In this document: piece after piece, positions 1 to 13,621 of the stretch
Layout: each line of letters begins with the position of its first letter
How positions within the stretch are numbered: the first letter of the stretch is position 1
DNA from: Kondoa subrosea
Taxonomy: Eukaryota
NCBI GenBank assembly: GCA_039545335.1
Contig: BCIN01000010.1
Location: forward strand, 453,804-517,803
Reading direction: 5' to 3'
Length of the DNA: 64,000 bases
Position numbers and translations under genes: made by a program
Notes under the pieces: model-generated
The model's database searches: none
Told to the model about the DNA's origin: nothing
The model's input: the letters and a program-made list of their open reading frames with translations, nothing else

Positions 1-1924
1 TTTGATGTTCAAGTCCTTGAGCATTTGATCCACGTCAGGTCTGACGACGAATTTGCGGAAAGTTTGATCCAAGATATAGAGTCCAGGTTCTACAGGTCGA
101 TCTCTGTTCTCTTCGTTCTCAGCGAAAGTGTGATCACGTTTCAGAGGTGGGATAGAGTTCTTTGGTTCATCGACTTGAACAGCAAATTGCTGAAGGAAAG
201 AAATAGGAGCAGCAGGTAAGAGCTGTTTCGATACATATCAGCATATATCTGTCTACTAAATTACAATGACTTACATCATGTACCAACCGTTTCTTGCCAT
301 GACCAATGTGTAGTCTGACTCTTCCAGACCGATGAACTCTCAAAGTACCCATCAATCCATTAGCTTGATGTTCTGTAAACTTCCTTCCCTTTTTTCCGCC
401 TGACTTGCCCCATTCTTGCCAGTAACCAGGCCTATAATCGTTCGGGTTGACTTTGGCATTGGTTTTCGATTTGACGTCTTTCTTTACTTCTGCATCCCCT
501 GCCAAAATATCATCGATTTTAGAAGTTGACGCTGCTGGAGCAGGCTGCGCTGAGTAGAAAGTAGGGAAAGCACGAGGGAATTGGAAGAGGTAGAACTCTT
601 CATTCGGATGTACACCCTGCAGCTTAATATTAGATCAAAGTTTGTGTTAATTAGGGACCTCGCCTACATGGTCAGGCATGAAACCAGAAGCGACTTCTTC
701 TTTTCTCACTACATCAGGTCCTTTCTTTGCAGGTTGCGCAGTCTCTTCTGGTGCTGCTGAAGGTTTCGGTTTCTCCTTTTCTTCGACATCCATCGGCACA
801 ACAGGAGAAGAATCGCCGGACGTGGATGAAGCTCCAGGTGTTGCTGTTCTACTCAGCACTGATTGAACATCTGAATCATCCATTGGTTCATCTTTGACTT
901 TTTCCGATGGAGCAGGAGGTGGTAAGGCTTTCGAAATCTGATCGTGCAAATCTTTGGAAGGATCAGGCAAATAATCATCTTCCGGCTGTTGAGTATCCGG
1001 TAATTCAGTCAATTCGGCGTCAGCTTCAGTGATGAGCTGTTCTTCTTCTCCAGTAACTTGAGTATCGTCAGGAGGTAATGTAAGGGGAGCCATTTCATCT
1101 TCTAAACCGATGTTGGCCATGTCGATAACAATAGTCTTGCCATTGGATCCTGTTCCAGTCTTCATTTCATCTTCATCTGATTCGCCGTCGTCCCAATCTG
1201 GATCATCAACAGTAGCCAATGCAGGACCAGTAGGTTTGCTTGATGATGAGGAACCAGAATCTCCTCCTGATCGTCCACCGCTACTCCATCCACCTCCTCC
1301 AGCAATTGCTCTCAAAGCATTTGCTTTCTCTGCGATAACAATCAGTGAAGATAATATCGAATGAGAGCGTTAAAGCTGACTTTGAGCTGATGGACCTAAA
1401 GCGAAAGCACCACTGGCTGTTTGTACTATAGGAGCACGTCCTCTTCCTCTGGTCTTGAGTCCGCCTCGCAAAGAAGGTTCAGGTTCTTCCTGAGGAGAGA
1501 GTAAGCATCTGATAAGATCACATGGAAATTAGACAAACTAGCTTGACTGGCACTCTAAGAATAATAGTATTGAGATATAGTGAATGGTAATAAGTACAGA
1601 TGCTCACTCTTCCAACTTAGGTTTCCTCTTTACGTTTGTAGGCACAAATTTCGTTCCAGAAGCTGTGGGAGTCTTTCGAGTATAATCTTTCTTGCCTAAC
1701 AAAGCAGCCATATTGGTAGACGACGAAGTAGGTACAGGTATCGTCCCAAATGTGCGAGTGATTTGAGGTAAAGGGATTGCAGCTGAACCAGACCGACTTC
1801 GTTCTTGCTCTGCTTCGTCTGAGTTGTTGGCTTCTTCATCGTCTGAAAGATCTGCTCGCTGTGAGAGCGAAGATCCTCCTCTGCCTCTTCCACGCCCTCT
1901 TCCACGACTGCCTCGAGCTGACAT
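1..1924 (-). CDS. RPC53: RNA polymerase III subunit RPC4 (multi-exon; C-terminus runs off the window start)
   Basis: Low-complexity acidic/RG-rich N-terminus. C-terminal RPC4 domain motifs YLFQFP and GLMGTLRVHRSGRVRLHIG; the last exon reads ...SFLQQ...RKFVVRPDVDQML to base 1. Confidence 0.85.
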
Positions 1925-2168
1925 TTTTGCTTGATTACTCGCTAATTACTCGCTAACAATGGGTATGAGAGCCAGCGAGGGTAGGCAAAGACTTGTGTCA
2001 GACGTTCAGGTATAGATCCAGCGAGACAGCGAGGTATTGATTCCTTATTGGTGGTCAAAAGCAAAAATCATCATGCGAGTCAAGCTGACCGCGGACAGCT
2101 ACAGGTATGTTCAAATAGATTGAAATGCACATGTAATTGTATTTTATTAGCTTTACATTCTCTCTTTT

Positions 2169-3627
2169 TCAAACGACATAAGCTCTTGAGTTCGTCCCAA
2201 CACCTTGTTCTTTGAGCATCTTGATCTCCTTCTCACATTCCGCTTTGAAATCCTTTTGATGAACGGTAGGTGCCCACCCTAAATATACTCTTCAGCTTGA
2301 AAGGTAGAAGCACAAGCGTACCTACATACCGAGTTTACGTAATCGGACAGCTCTCGATCGCGAATCGGCACTCATAGCAGCCATCTGCTGTTCGCCTAGT
2401 AGACCATTACCTTTAGTTGCTCGAGCAGTAGAAAGACCAAGAATTTCAGCAACGGTTGTTGAAGTTTTCTTCCATGTTTCTATACGAATAGCGCATCAGT
2501 TACATTTGATTGCGGAAGAGAAAAGCATGAGACGAACGCTCGAAAGATTCGCAGAAGTAGTAAGGATTAGTCAGATCTGGATCTGAGGCGTCCAGCGCTA
2601 GCATGTGTTTCTACGGCTTGTTTAGGTTTGTGGTTATATGTCGGAAAAAAAGATAACTCACGATGATAGTTACGTATCCCTGAATCAGGTCGCGAGAGTG
2701 AATATAACTCCAAGTATGAGGGCCGTCTTAGGCACGAAGAGAACTAGTTCAGCATTGGCACATGGGACATTTAGTACGGCTAACCGTGTGGACAAGGCTA
2801 TACCGATGCTCTCAGTGAGAGAAAAAGATCCTTTAATATGCACGACATACCACTACTCCAGCGTTTAAAGCTGAGGTTTCGATAGCAATAACTTGTTGAC
2901 TCAATTGATTGAAAGGCTGTGTGATCATTGTTCAGTGATTCGACAAACAAGGGTCATGGTCGAGCTTACACCTGAGCCAACTCCAAATATGCAAGGAGGC
3001 AGTATGATAGAAATTTTGGCCTTGCCCTGCAACTCTTGTCTAGTTCTGAGGATCTTTAGATCGACGTTTCGATGATCGGCATGGTCTGGTAAAGCATCGA
3101 TCTGTTCTGACTTATCATCGGAAAATACTATTCCAGTGTCTTTGAACTGATTCGAATGATCTTGGAGTTCTCCAGTGCCTAGACAAAGCATCCATCAGCT
3201 TCGACTGACGAAATCGAGGTATGCAAGACTAACCAGAAGTATGTAGATAGGTAGTCATCTGACATTTCTCTGCTCTCTGCTTGATGCCATCGAGAATAGC
3301 TTCGACCGAGGGTTCGTCGTCTGCCGTCGCAGCATGTATGACCACATCGTGCTCCAAGACAGTTCTAATGATGATGTCCTTATCACTCAATTGACCCTTG
3401 ACATGCTGAACTCCCATGCCTTCGAGTGCAGGAATGCTGTAAATTACGTAACATCGTCATCCAGGCGAAAATGGATACAGAATCGATAGGACTGACTATT
3501 CATCCTTGCGAATCAGCACAGTAATCTGAGGAGTAGGCGTGAAGGCCTTGAGAAGCTCTACAAGCAGAGAACCGCCGATATAACCAGTTCCTAGCAGGAA
3601 GATCGATTTCGGTGAGGTGTCTGTCAT
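2169..3627 (-). CDS. NAD(P)-binding Rossmann protein, NAD-dependent epimerase/dehydratase-like (multi-exon)
   Basis: Starts MTDTSPKSIFLLGTGYIGGS (GxGxxG). Also HDVVIHAA, YLHTSGTG, IILPPCIFGVG, WSYIH..DL and a C-terminal LGWAP. Confidence 0.8.
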
Positions 3628-3809
3628 CGCGTGGTATTGCTTGTTTGTAGCTTGCAAGAGCGTGTGTATGGATTGTCCCCGGTTGTCTGAGTTTCTTGGG
3701 AAGGTTCAGTCACTTCCTTGTTCTTTCTCAACGAGCGAGGTGTTGCGAATTTCTATTCTCTTTCTATCAAGGCTGGCCCTGCTCTACTAGATACATTTAC
3801 AATTGAAAA

Positions 3810-6358
3810 ATGGTATTCACACCTGTGCCCAAATCTCCAAGCGTCCTGGAGTGCGTAGTCCGTGCACGACAAAAAATCTGGCCCGAGCTGACGCTTCACG
3901 TATTTAGCAACGCAGACAGTACGTACCCTCTGCTATGATGTCTGTGAACATGTACTGACTTGTTCCGCTCACTCCGCCAGTCAGAAATCCTAGCTCCTTC
4001 TTGTAAGCACTGTCTTCCTTTCCATGTTCCGTCTTCTTCATGCTTGGCAATGCAGTCAATGGGTCAAAAGCAACTTCCAGAGCTCCGTACTGGACGACAT
4101 CTATGGCCAAATGGCGACAATCATTTTGTGGTCGACAATGGTATCCTGCCTGCATTTGCTCACCGACAGAGACGTGACCATCTCATCAGCTATGCTCGGC
4201 GTTCTGGGAGGATTACTCGGTTTCGTTGTCTCGCTACGTACTTCCAGTGCCTACGAAAGGTATTGCGAAGGTCGTCGGGTCTGGTCTCAAGTCTTCCACT
4301 CTTCTCGATACCTCACTACTTTGATATGGCTACATATTCCCAACGTCGAGCCTCGGAAGGATGATGCACCTGAAGAGACTGCCGAAGAAAAGGAACATCG
4401 AGAGACGCACGATACTATCCGTTCACTCATCGAGAAACAATCCATGTTCAATCTCACCATAGCTTACGCCGTTGCTTTAAAACACTACTGTCGTTGCGAA
4501 TACGGGTTGTTCTACGAAGATCTCTACCCGCTGGTCAGCTTGTGCGTTTCTGATTCATAGATTTTACGACTTCAACTGATTTTATGTTATCAGTTTACCG
4601 AAACACAGTTTCACTTCAGACGAGAAATCGGAACTATTACCACTTTGGCAAAACAGCCACAATGGAACGGGCGCTATCTTCACTCCTGCATTCACTCCAA
4701 ACGTTTCACAATTCGATCCTTCTTCCGTTAACAGCGAAGCGACTTATGTCAACACAACCTATGTAACTTCGCCCAGTACATCAAGAAGTGATCTAGGTCT
4801 TGGAAACTTGAGCTCTTCCGTTGGATCGTCAATGATGAAAGAGAAGGAGCCTGGAATTGTCATCACTGAACCAGGCATGGTGCACGAGAAGAACAAAGCT
4901 CGACCAGGTCATATCAGAAGAGCTTCTACTACTCTGGAACTAATGCCTTCGAGAATGCCTCCGTGAGTCACCTCTGCGGATCTTTCAGATATAGATTAAA
5001 AAAGCGAAACAGTAAACGTACCTTGACTTATTATCTACCGATTATTGGTTGGGTCAGAACATTCGTCTACATGCTCTTCACTTGCACTACTCGAGAAGAT
5101 CGCAAGAAATCAGACGAGGAAACGGTTGAAGGAAGAGCTGAGAGAGCGAAATTGACTTCAAACAGTATGCTGTCTACAGCCTTTCTCACCTTGCTGCCAT
5201 ACTGAAAGATATCGGCTATGTACAGTCCCTTTGAGCTTGACTACGTTCATGCAAGGATACATTGCTTCTCTTACTCGTCGTAAGGTGAGCTGTTACGGCT
5301 GTTTAGGGAAAAATACTTTTACTGATCCGGAAGCATAGCTGGTTGACGGTGTCATTCTCGGCCGTATGTCTACTCTAGTAGCCTTTACTCAGTATAGCTC
5401 ACATTTTCCGCAGAATGCATGGGCGCTTTGGATGGATTGCAGTGAGTCGACATCACTTCGGTGCAGAATGTCCCTGAATATTCACTGAACAGAACCTCAT
5501 TCACTGCTCTGGAACGCTTGATCAACTCTGCTTTACCTTTCGCCTATCAACTTCATCTGAAGATGACCGTCGTAAGTATTCGATCACTTGTTTTTTAATC
5601 AATTCGTTGATGTATATGTGCGTAACACAGTGGATCTTCATGTTAATTTTACCCTTTCAGATTGTCGAGAATCTCGGTTGGTATACTATTCTCGTTACTG
5701 CTATCACTGCCTTCTTCTACTTTGGTTAGTCGGAATCTGGGCGTTCTAATCGCACAACTTATCGACCTGAATTACCAACAACAGGTTTTGTCGAGATTGG
5801 AGTCGAGATTGAGTATGTGGAGAGTCTCTTCAATACAATAGCCATTCGCTCACGTCTATGCTTCTTCGCAGAAATCCGTTCGACTTGTACGGCTTCCCTA
5901 TCTTCAGATAGCAGACTTTTACTGATCAGATATATAGCGGAAAAAACGATCTGGTAAGGCCGCCGCTACATAAGTATGGTCCCCCTTATTGACTGTCTTC
6001 TTTGCAGGACTTGGACAGCTTCTGCAGTCTGAGTGAGTTGCGTCTTTGCGGATGATAGACTACACTAATCATCATTGCACAGTTGCCAAAGAAGGTCTGC
6101 CGTTGTTTATTTTGACTTGTTTGAGTACTCATGTTCGCGGTAGTCACTGAGATCACTGCGCATCCCGCTGAATTAGACTTCTGGTCGTATGGGCACGAAT
6201 CTGCAAACACTCCTTTCTCGCTTGCCGGGGATCACAGAAGTGTTCCAGAACTTCTACGTGATGCTGCACGAGCCGAAGAAACTGGCAGCCACAATGATGT
6301 ATTGAATTCCATCAAGGGTAGCATTGCTGGTCAGTCGTTGATTGACACCGCTGCATGA
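3810..6358 (+). CDS. Bestrophin-like / UPF0187 membrane anion-channel family protein (many exons)
   Basis: LGVLGGLLGFVVSLRTSSAYERYCEGRRVW, LPFAYQLHL and the spliced GFVEIGVEIENPF..GKNDLDLD motif. Confidence 0.85.
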
Positions 6359-6911
6359 TCTTCACCTGAAATATTACACAGGTCACTTCAGACAAGCAAA
6401 CTCCAAGGCTTTGCTCGAGAACGTGAGTCCTAATGGTGCTACCATGTAGTCGAGGCTGACTTTGCTTTGCAGTCTAGGAAGTATCGCCAGTAAGTTATAT
6501 CTGGTCGGAAGGGCTTGATGCTCATTCTTTCTCCGCGCAGCCGTATCAAGAAGGCACCACGCAAAAAGGTCAATGTCGACTATGCCGATCGAGACGAGTA
6601 AGTCCTCAGCAAGCGAACAAAATGTAAAGGACAATCATCAAAATAATGACTCGCCGGACGAGTTCATACATATATTCATACACTCATTCGTCATATGCAT
6701 TATTATTCTCTAGCATTAGATTAGACATTGAGTAGCATACAAACAAAACGTCCATTAGGCAGAACAGTAAGAAATTCTTTCACAAGGCATAAAGATAGTA
6801 CAATGAAATTCCCGACGACCAGCGAATGAAACTTCCTCTAAAGCGATTCTCCATAATTTATTGACAAATTTGCTATCAACCCGACGTGTCTTCTCCACGA
6901 CAGTCCAATCT

Positions 6912-8113
6912 TTAAGGACTTCTGACCAGGCGAAGTTTCGTTGGCATATGCGTGCTGTCCAGTTGACCATTTGCTGGCCATGCATCAGCATCTCCGTTGC
7001 CAGTGTAGATTGAGCCAGGATAAGGAGTAGTGTTGTCGTTGATTCCCCATTGAAGAACAGAGTCTTGATAGGTAGCAGTCAAAATACCAGTATCGACATC
7101 GATCGACCAGACGTTGGCAACGGTATTCATTGGACCCGCCCAATAAGGTACGCCGTTGTTGCTGCTTGGGCCGATACCAATCCAGGGTTTTGGTTGTCCC
7201 GCTTTAGCGTATGCGGCAAGGAAATCTTGCAAGGCGAATCTAAGCAGAGAAACTATTAACGAAATTCGGGGAGAAAGGTGTCTCGACATACAGAGTACCG
7301 GCGACAATTGGTCCGCCATCAGGAGTAACGATCTGAGCTTGAAGTGGGACAGCGCCTGCAGCACTTCCGTCCTCGCTAAAGGTACTGAACTCAGTACAAG
7401 CCGACAAAGGCGAAACATGTAGCTCTTACCTTCCTTCAGTTGCGTACACAACATTGCCGACCATGAGATCCTTTGATGTTCCGTCATTGAAAAGAGCTTG
7501 TACGATACCAACGTCGCCTGTTTTGTAAGTCCATGAGATCATACAGAACATAAATCTCAAGCGAAAACATACCGTTTGCCCAAGGACGAGCAGATGAGCC
7601 ACCACCTGCTGGTGGTGGTGGAACAGCTGATTGAGCCTGACGACGAACGCGAGAAGGACGAAGAGCGAATTCATCTTGTTCCAAATCAATTGGTCCCTCT
7701 GTATTGCACGCGTCAGAAATCAATGACAAGGGAGAGTGCGATGATACTAACCATAATCATCATCTCCTGCTCGTTTGCCAAAGGGTACAGCTGTTTGCAC
7801 GTATTTAGAGAGATGTTGGGCTGAAAATAAGTCACCAAATTTACCTTTCGATCTTCTTGCAACCGGTGCGAAGGAAGAAGCTCCAGAGGATACTGTGCAG
7901 AGTAATTAGTACCCGGATAGTGCTCGAAGCAAGACTGTGCTCACATTGACGCGCAACAACATCAACAAACGAATCGTCTGCGGATTCAGTTTCTTGAACT
8001 TGAGAGCGTGCTTCTATTTCGACATGCGCATTGGCATGTCTTGCAGCGTGGAGGTGATGTCCAGCGCGTGCATGGAGGTGGGTATTTGAGTTTGAAAGAG
8101 CGTGAAGGGACAT
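6912..8113 (-). CDS. Hypothetical multi-exon protein with a His-rich N-terminus, dibasic sites and a globular C-terminal region
   Basis: About six exons join in frame through canonical GT-AG introns. The last exon matches the ORF ending at 6912 (NVWSIDVDTGILTATY). Confidence 0.6.
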
Positions 8114-8745
8114 GGCTTGTCAAAAGTCCGGGTGTTGTAAATGAATGGAGTGGTGGATTTTGCGAATGGGAACGAGAAGGGAGTCGTGCGGTCGTAACAA
8201 ATACAAAGGGAAGATCGTGGTGCAAAGGAAACACGACAGGTTCCAAGCCGTGAAAGAGAAAAAAACGCGGCAGCGAGAAACGGTAGAAGATCGTTGGACT
8301 GTTTAATTTGGGAATTCCCGCTGTTGAACTTGCGGCTTCAAGGACGCGTTGGACAACAACACAGGTCGACAGCCGAAGCGGCCTTCGTGAGATCTCGACT
8401 CTCCAGCGTCGAAAGGCATTCGATGATTAATTCTTCAAGCAAAGAAGCGCGACGGATCAGAGAATTCGCAAAGTTGTGTCTTCGGATAGAGAGATATGCA
8501 GCGCGCAACGAATCGTCAAGGGCAGCAAAAACAGTGCGACAGAACAGACAGAATAGGCAGAGGTAGGATTCGATATAACTGTGGAAACGACGTACTGCTC
8601 TGCTCCTGTGTTCCAGGCTCAACAGACTGCAGCAGAACATATTACAAGGTGGAACTTTGTACATCGCTGTTGAAGGAATGAGTCCTTTCATCATTTTTTC
8701 TCTTCTCGACTGCGACTTGAATACCCTGATCTTCGTATATCCAGC

Positions 8746-11700
8746 ATGTCGAAGCGTGCGCTGAAGAATGCTGCGACCAATGGACCAGCAGCTAAGAAGC
8801 AGAAGCGTTCAGCTAGCCCTGAAAATGAATTTGATTCTGGTGATGACTTAATGGCTAGGGCCATGGAAATGCAAGAGGATGATTTCCACAGTGATGAGGA
8901 AGATGAGGACAGCGAAGTAGTCTCTGGAAGCGCCGAGGGCGTGGATGATGACGGATTTGAAGATTTGGAGGTTGATGCAAATCAAGCAGAGGAAGCTGAT
9001 GAAGACGAAGGATGGACTACGGTTGGGCCATCGACAGCAACAAAGAAGGAGAATGGCAAAAAATCCCTTGTTGAAAGAGCAATGTCACCAGAAGCTCTAC
9101 CTGCGAAACCAGCTGCAAATCTAAAACTCTTGGCTGAAACTCACATAAATACTTTGAGGTTGCCTTCTTCATCTTCATCGAAGCTGAACTCTTTAAATGC
9201 TGTTCTTGATCAATTACAAAATGTGATTTTGTCTATACCTTGTCCGAAACTTGCATCTCTAGCCGAAGCAACGAAGAGTATGCAAGCGCAAGGCATTTCT
9301 ATACCTTTTCCCTCTCCGTTACCAGCTAGTGACGTACAATGGAAACTTGCCTTCGAACCACCTGTGAGCATCAAGCGTATTGGAACTTGGCAACTATCGA
9401 TGGGGATCAAGCCAGTAGCCGGGCAGATGTGGACTGTGGATTTAGCTATCGATATGCCCTCCGTAGGCTCTTATTCTATCTGTCACATCATTTGTCCTGA
9501 ATCGTGCTGTATAATCAGACACTCTTTCAAGAAAAGGACACCAAAGACTTTCGCTATCTGCACAAAAGGGCACACTATCTAGCAGTGCTAGGTTTTGGCA
9601 TCAAGATCAGCTCACTCCCTCTGGACATCGAATTCGGTCTAGTAGACGGTGACGAACGTAGACCTTGCTTGCATCTTCTGAGTCGGAAAGGTATGCTAAT
9701 ATATATCTATACTGGTCAAGATGCTGAGATCTCTCCAGACGGTTCAGACTTCGACTTCAGCTCTCGCAAATGCTTGATTCGTCTTATACCAACCTATTCG
9801 ATCGAAAACACTCCTTTTGCTCTACATAAACTTCAACCGAATCGCAACAACTTACGTTCCTCTTCTTCCACCAATTCAGCAGCTCAACCTACCCCATCGT
9901 ACAATGCCAGCATACTGGAAGACGCGTTGTGCTCTTCGCATCATAGCATCCTTCAACGAACAAGTCAGAAAGCGATCTTCTTCGCTGATGCTTGCATATT
10001 GCTACAAGTTTGGGCCCGACAAAGAGGACTGCTTAACGGACATCAAGATCATCTCATTAATCGGATGTTGATTTGTACCTTGATCTATCTCTTGAATGGA
10101 GAAGCTAGCGGTAAGAAAGGCGGCAAAGGTGTTCTACCTCTTGCTGCGAACGCTTGGATGCTATTCAGGGGTACATTGGAATTCTTGGGTACGTTAGCGA
10201 CCTGTTTTTTCGGCTTTGTGTTTTCGGCTTAGCAAATACTGTATAGCGAGGCATGATTTCGCTACCTCGCCCATTGTTATCAGGGGGGAACAAGTCGATC
10301 CTTCACATGTCAGTCGAAAGCCATCTCTGCCTTATTCGAATCGCTATTGAGCTTTCACGTACAGTTTGATCCGAATGCATTTCGGGGTTCGAATGCCGCA
10401 GTTCTGGTTGATCCGACTGGTCTGGTCAATCTACTGGCTGACTTTTCTCCCTCCTTTCTGACGTTGGTAAGTTTCTTGTCGGCCTAAGACTGCGCATACT
10501 GATTTCAGTACAGCTTCGGCTAGAAAGCAGTCTTTCACTTTCGGCCTTGTCTACCAATTCCGAAGATGGCTTTAACTCTGTCTTCAAGACCGCTCCACTC
10601 TTTCAGCTCGAATATGATGCAAGCGCGATCATCTCTGTTCCGCTCTCATCCTTTGCCTCTCGTAAAAGCCCTACTGCCCTAGAACCTACAAGAATGGATC
10701 AATATATAAGAGATCTAGAGGCTGTACTTGTCCAAGCTCTAGGTACTAGAGTCAAGGCTCTGTCAATCACATCTTCACCTTTACCCGCTCGAGGTATCTC
10801 GACTAAATCTTCTTCATCTGCTTCAATAACACTGAGCCTTGGTCTGTACCTTGATCAAACGGAAGCTGGTCGTCTAGTAGATCACGGACCGAATGCAGAA
10901 GACGAAGAAGCTTGTCGAGCTTTCCGATCATTTTGGGGAAAGAAATCTGAAATGCGTCGGTTCAAAGATGGCCGGATCACAGAGAGTGTAATCTGGGAAG
11001 CAGAAACACCTTTAGCTCGATCAACAATAGTTGGACAAATTGTTCAGTATATCCTAAAAGAACACTTCAAACTAAATGCTGAAGCTGTCGAAGTCTTTGT
11101 TGGCGCTTTCAACCCGTTCATTTCTGAATCCATTTCAACGAGAAAATCCTTGTATCAATCAGACCCGAGTGTAAAAAGCTTTGGAGGAATTATGGAAGCT
11201 TTCGAATCGCTCAGTACAATTTTGCGTGGCTTACAAGGCTTACCACTGGCACTGAAGAACGTATCAGCATCATCTGAAATGCTGCGGTATACTTCTGTCT
11301 TTGTACCTGGCCCACGCAAGACAAAACAATTCTTCTCTCTCCCTGAAATGACCCGCTTTGTACCTATGGCTGACATTATCCTGACATTCGAGACATCAGG
11401 TCATTGGCCAGATGATCTCGAAGCAGTACAGAAGATCAAAGCCGCTTTCTTGCAACGTATAGCTGATCTGATCTCGGAGAACATCACTTACTCTCAATGC
11501 AACCTTGCTTTCGACCTTTCTGGTTCACCGTTAGCAGATAACGTGGCTCTAGAGATTCTTCTACCGTCTGGTTATGCATTCAGAGCCCGTATCTATCACG
11601 AAAGGGAACGAACTCTGATATCGAAACTGTCAATGTCAGATGCAGAAGAATCAGCAAAAGTACAATCCCTTCTGCGACAGCACCAACTTCGCTTCATAGC

Positions 11701-12755
11701 CAAACCAAAACATCATTCTGCTATTTCAGCCTTGCAGCACGCTTTCCCGGCATTAGGTACTACTATAAGAATAGTCAAGCGTTGGCTCAGAGCCCATCTC
11801 CTTTCACCACATGTCTCACCTGAAGCCATCGAATTACTTTGTGCAGCAGCTTTTCTGGATCCTTTCTCACCTTCTCCTGTTCCAACTACCGGCTCAGCTG
11901 GTTTCTGTCGCACCCTGGCTTTACTAGCAACATGGCAATGGAGATTGGAACCGCTTGTAGTAGCGCTCTATACGGCTGTAGGAGGAGATGTAGATCTTCA
12001 TCGAGGCAGAAAAGCCATTTTCCCGTCAGACAAAGAAAGTCGTGCGAAAGCAATTTTTGGTCAAGCTAGAAAAACAGATCCAATGTGTTTGAAAGGTGGA
12101 GCTATGTGGATTGCTACGGAAGAAGATTTGGGTGGGAAAGATTGGGCTTGGGATTCACCTTCACCTATGATTGCTGCTCGTATTGGAGGATTGGCTCAGG
12201 CGACGCTTCACACACTAGAAAGGAGTCTCTCGGATGCTTCTTTCAAACTAGAGGTGAGTTATTTCTAGCTACAGTGGTAATTCTATGCTGATATGCGAAT
12301 AATAGACACTTTTCCGAACTCCTCTGGCTGATTTCGATTTCCTTATACGCCTCAATCCAGCCAAGCTGACTCGGTACCATGAAGCTCTTACACCTGATAC
12401 AACTCTTCTCTCAAGCAAGCCAGTAGCGAATGAATTTGCTTCTGTCATGCCTTCTCCCTCAATTCACCTAGGCTACGATCCAGCGTCAGCTCTTGTTGGC
12501 GAATTACAAAAGCTTCTAGGGGATAGTGCGGTCCTATTCCACGATTTGCATGGCGGTGAAGTAATTGCTGGACTCTTTAACCCGGATCTTGATAAGCAAC
12601 AAGAATGGCATGTTGGTCAACTTGTTCAATCTGTTGAACTTGTTCCTGTGGAAGGGAAGAAGAAGCAGAAAGTTCGATTGGATCGACAAGGCTTGTTAGC
12701 CAGTATTGCCAGACTAGGAGGAGAATACATTCAATCGGTTTCAATGGCAAAATAA
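8746..12755 (+). CDS. UTP22: U3 snoRNA-associated protein 22 (Nrap family)
   Basis: VDLAIDMP..LFQEKD...RYLHKRAHYL, FRSFWGKKSEMRRFKDGRITESVIW and FETSGHWPDDLEAVQKIK. Confidence 0.95.
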
Positions 12756-12794
12756 TCAAATGGAGGAACTCACCTGACGAAAGATGTGGTGGCA

Positions 12795-13412
12795 TCAACT
12801 AACAACTTCAAGATATCCATCCAAGATCAACCTTTCTACGTCCGGTCGCCTGACATACACCAAACTATCTTTGGTAAAGGAAACCGTTCCCCATTCAGTT
12901 TCCACTTCGCCAATGTCTTTCAATACTCTGACTTGGACGAAGAGTGCTTTGGGTGGTCTTCCCATAACAGGAGAAGTCAAGTCGAGGTTAATGGCGGAGT
13001 AGACGGACTTGTAATCGATGCTCAATTTCGCATAACCTCTCAGGAAATCCACTTCTGCAGGAGTCATGTTCTTCCTTTCTTCTGATTCTTGACCTAGCAC
13101 TTTACTCGCTTGACCACCAGAGGACCAAAACAGCTCTTGCAGTTTCTCTCTTCGTTGAGTATGATAGATCAACAGTGCTCTTTTATCCCTTCTCATACTC
13201 AATGCAGAGACTAATAAACCAGTAATTGCACCTTCATCAGATTCGATTTGACTGAAGACAGCTTGACCAGCTGTCAGAGCTTCTTGCAAAGAACGCGTTT
13301 CTCTGGCCAAAGATCGAACAGTCGCGTCCGCATATGGTCTTAAAAGGTTCGTTTGCTGTGCTCGGAGTGTATCAGACACCAAGGCGTTTGCTAGGTCGCC
13401 TATGCCTGACAT
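12795..13412 (-). CDS. PSF1: GINS complex subunit Psf1 (intronless)
   Basis: MRRDKRALLIYH..R..K and PPKALFVQVRVLKDIGEVETEWG...VRRPDVERLILDGYL; ATG at 13412. Confidence 0.92.
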   Translation of the reverse strand: MSGIGDLANALVSDTLRAQQTNLLRPYADATVRSLARETRSLQEALTAGQAVFSQIESDEGAITGLLVSALSMRRDKRALLIYHTQRREKLQELFWSSGGQASKVLGQESEERKNMTPAEVDFLRGYAKLSIDYKSVYSAINLDLTSPVMGRPPKALFVQVRVLKDIGEVETEWGTVSFTKDSLVYVRRPDVERLILDGYLEVVS

Positions 13413-13621
13413 CTCGCGGTTTGCGACAAAAAGATTGTTGATTTCGACACACCAGGTTGTCGTGTTGAGGCATTGAGACTGTGCATACCTACATATACCC
13501 TTCCAAGGTATACCTAGCCAGCTCAATTGCTTTCTCTGTTTCTCTTTCTCTTTCAAGTGCTTTGATTCTATCGTTTCTCCCTGCACTGCCTGTCTACGTT
13601 TTCCCTCCGTAGCAAGCTGGG

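Noticed and set aside
1934..1956. 11-bp tandem duplication ATTACTCGCTA upstream of the RPC4 ATG
   Set aside because: Only two copies; consistent with simple slippage, with no functional evidence.
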